Assembly (NCBI GenBank): GCA_976226885.1
Contig: OZ320321.1
Coordinates: 58,714,001 to 58,778,000, forward strand
From: Iphione sp. A-MEVVRFRX5
Lineage: Eukaryota
Length of the DNA: 64,000 nt
Direction: 5' to 3'
Below the pieces are notes generated by a model. That model ran no database searches, had not been told where the DNA came from, and saw only the letters and a list, made by a program, of their open reading frames with translations. Shown here piece by piece: positions 61,655 to 64,000 of this stretch (the first letter of the stretch is position 1; the number at the start of each line of letters is the position of its first letter). Made by a program: the position numbers and the translations under genes.

Positions 61655-62479
61655 CGGAGGAGTACTTTTATGGCGGGGTTATTCGACCCTTGCCGCCATT
61701 GTCATGTTCGTGACTCACCGAGATATGTACCTTTAAAACAATCTATTACGACCACAGGACCGCCACCTTGTTGTTGTTTTATTTAGCGAATGGTGTAGAG
61801 TCCACCACAGTGGGGGAAACCAAACAAGTCAATAAGCTGGCACCTGATGACATTATTGCTGTGGGTTTATTGAACGTTGCCGTCTAATCTATCGTATTCG
61901 CAGCAATGCTGCTAGTGTCTGCTAGTGATCACTGGAGCCAGTCCCAAAGCTCGGGCAGCCTTCTAGAGAACCAACACATTAGTTTTAATGTCTTTCACTG
62001 AGGCCTCTAGCCTATGGTACCATTGGACAATGGGTATGAACAGGTATGTACATGTGTCAATGCCAGTGCCAGTGCCCTTATGTACTCAAGAGGTGTATTC
62101 TTGGTAAAACTTCGGTTTTCTGTAGAATGGAAGTCTGATTACAGTCTGTATGATTAGTGAGGCTGTGAGGTCAACCCGTTGCAGTTGGGGTAGTGATTGC
62201 GCCGTCGAACTTCCGCTTTCCCTATCCGCGGACGTCGATGAATCTATAACCGGTGCTGACAAAGAGGAAGACTTTTATTCTATGGTATGGAGCCTGACGG
62301 GCTTTATTCATGTATGCATATATACATATGTATGTATATATGGCCGAATTCGACGTTTCTGGTAGTATGCATCACAGCTCTATACGGTGCAAATTCATTG
62401 CTAGAATATCCATACGTACAATGACAGTTTCAGCAGCCGATATGCCTGGTGGTGGCTTTTTCTGTGGTTGTGTCTTGTA

Positions 62480-62800
62480 CATGAGCTTGCGCATGCGCAG
62501 AAGCCGCGTTCTTGCTTCCGCTAAGTGGCAGCTGACCGAAGCAAGCCGCAGTCTTTTGGGGGACGGTTCAGCCAATGCTGGAAAGCGTGAGGCTGGCGGG
62601 TCGGCCGAGCGGCGATGGGGCCGGGCTTCCGGGGGGGGGAGTCTCTATGGTAGTTCGGAGGCTGCCAGCCGCGAGCGATAATTGGGGAGGACAGAACTGG
62701 CTTAAGGCACGGAGCCCCCAGAGAGCGGCCACCCAATTAAAGTCGGGCTAGACGCGCGCTCGCGGGGCGCGCCGCGCGCGGGGCGGGTTAAAGGGCCCGG
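62480..62800. promoter_or_regulatory. CpG-island-like patch with NRF1-type palindrome and GC boxes
   Basis: TGCGCATGCGCA at ~62488-62499; GGGGCGGG and a dense CGCG cluster at 62750-62790; motifs only. Confidence 0.3.
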
Positions 62801-64000
62801 CGCTGCTTTCTTGGCCTGACAAGACCCTTCAAGGGAATCTGACAGTGCTGTGTCCACCGTGGTTTATGCACCGCCATAACTTTCGCAGACCTCAGGCAGT
62901 GAGTGGAGAGAGAGGGGGACACACACACAAAAAAAATTGCTTTCGTTTCATATACGGGGAAAGTCCGTACCCATAAAAGAATTAGGGACAATCTGATATG
63001 CATATAATTCCTTTTCGCTCATGGAATAGATCTACCAAACGATTGTCTGTATTGTCCCTGTCTTATTGACATCATGTGGAGTTCACATCCACAGAATGAA
63101 CAGCTAAGTACTTCCTTGTGAGGTCAGTCCATGCAGTATTCAAGGTGTTTCTTTTAACATTTTTTCCCCAAAGATATGTCAATAAACTATACACCTTCAC
63201 AATGAATTTTTGGTTGTGCGGTGAAACATGCTTGAGGTTTCCAGTGAGATTTTACTGTGAATAAAACTGTGTGCATGTACAGTAGCAACTCATCTTGTGA
63301 GCAACTCGACTAGGAGAGCAACTTAGGATTAACGGAAAGTTATGCAGATTTGGTTGGTCTCCATTATCTATTCAGATAAGAAGACAATTCACAGTCAAAG
63401 GCAACTTTGTCTGGCCCCTATTGGTGGTCTTAATTCTGCGTTTCTTCTGTATATCTGTTCCGTGTATCTTTATTCACACAGCACTATACATGTACTCATT
63501 TTATTAGTAGGGACTAACCTACCATAGACGAGTAAAGGGATGGAGCCCCACTCCATGCATGGTAGCGCACACGTAGTTACAAGGAAGTGGGGAAAGCTAT
63601 CGGCTTTTACAGGCCAAACATTCTTGAAGATCGCGCTGCTGTAAAGAAAAAAACATGACCACACGATTCGATGCCCCTAAAAGCTCTTTTTGAAGCGAAA
63701 ATCCCGAAAACTAATTACGGATTGGCTCCAGCTGTGTCAGTAAGGCAACTGGTGTTAAGAGGTGGCTTTGTTGTGTGGCTTGGCGGGAGGGTCAGGCGGA
63801 ACACTTGTTTAACACCTGTAACGACAGCTGAGGTCACTAAGGTCACCCGGCAGGCTCCATTCAAGTTCGACTTCGGATATAATCATCTGACCATAGACGA
63901 CCTGTTATGTCCAGAGTTAATTATTACATGCGAGATACTTTTCGTAAATTGCTTGTTCAGATTATGTTGATAGCCTGTTATTAGGTCGGTATAGGTGTGG

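Noticed and set aside
62372-62575. AEPSPKRLRL, NLS-like N-terminus
   Set aside because: Starts at TTG, lies in a CpG-rich patch, and has no supporting splice or homology evidence.

Overview
Animal genomic DNA, probably a marine invertebrate (inferred from the repeat landscape, frequent poly-G/C runs and an interstitial TTAGGG tract). It has four assembly gaps and no confidently identifiable host protein-coding gene. Two nearly intact mobile elements dominate. (1) 14748-~20510 (-): a CR1/L2-group LINE with three cistrons. ORF1 is coiled-coil + L1-type RRM/CTD fused in frame to a NADAR (YbiA-like) domain. A separate middle ORF looks like a catalytically degenerate SGNH esterase. ORF2 is APE-RT, followed by an AATAAA + (TTCAA)5 tail. 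ORF1 and ORF2 each carry one in-frame stop. (2) 44913-53320: a compact 8.4-kb Polinton/Maverick with AGTAG...CTACT ends, ~200-bp TIRs and a perfect 6-bp TSD (CCTGAG). It has only three intact head-to-tail genes: ZnF-pPolB, ZnF-fused A32-like packaging ATPase and chromodomain integrase. It has no capsid or adenain-type maturation-protease gene, and carries a 5 x ~201-bp array upstream of pPolB. The rest is MITEs (PIF/Harbinger-like, Tc1/pogo-like), Helitron-like relics, a 5'-truncated second LINE, micro/minisatellites and a few CpG-rich candidate regulatory patches. Domain calls come from motif recognition by eye; no database searches were run.
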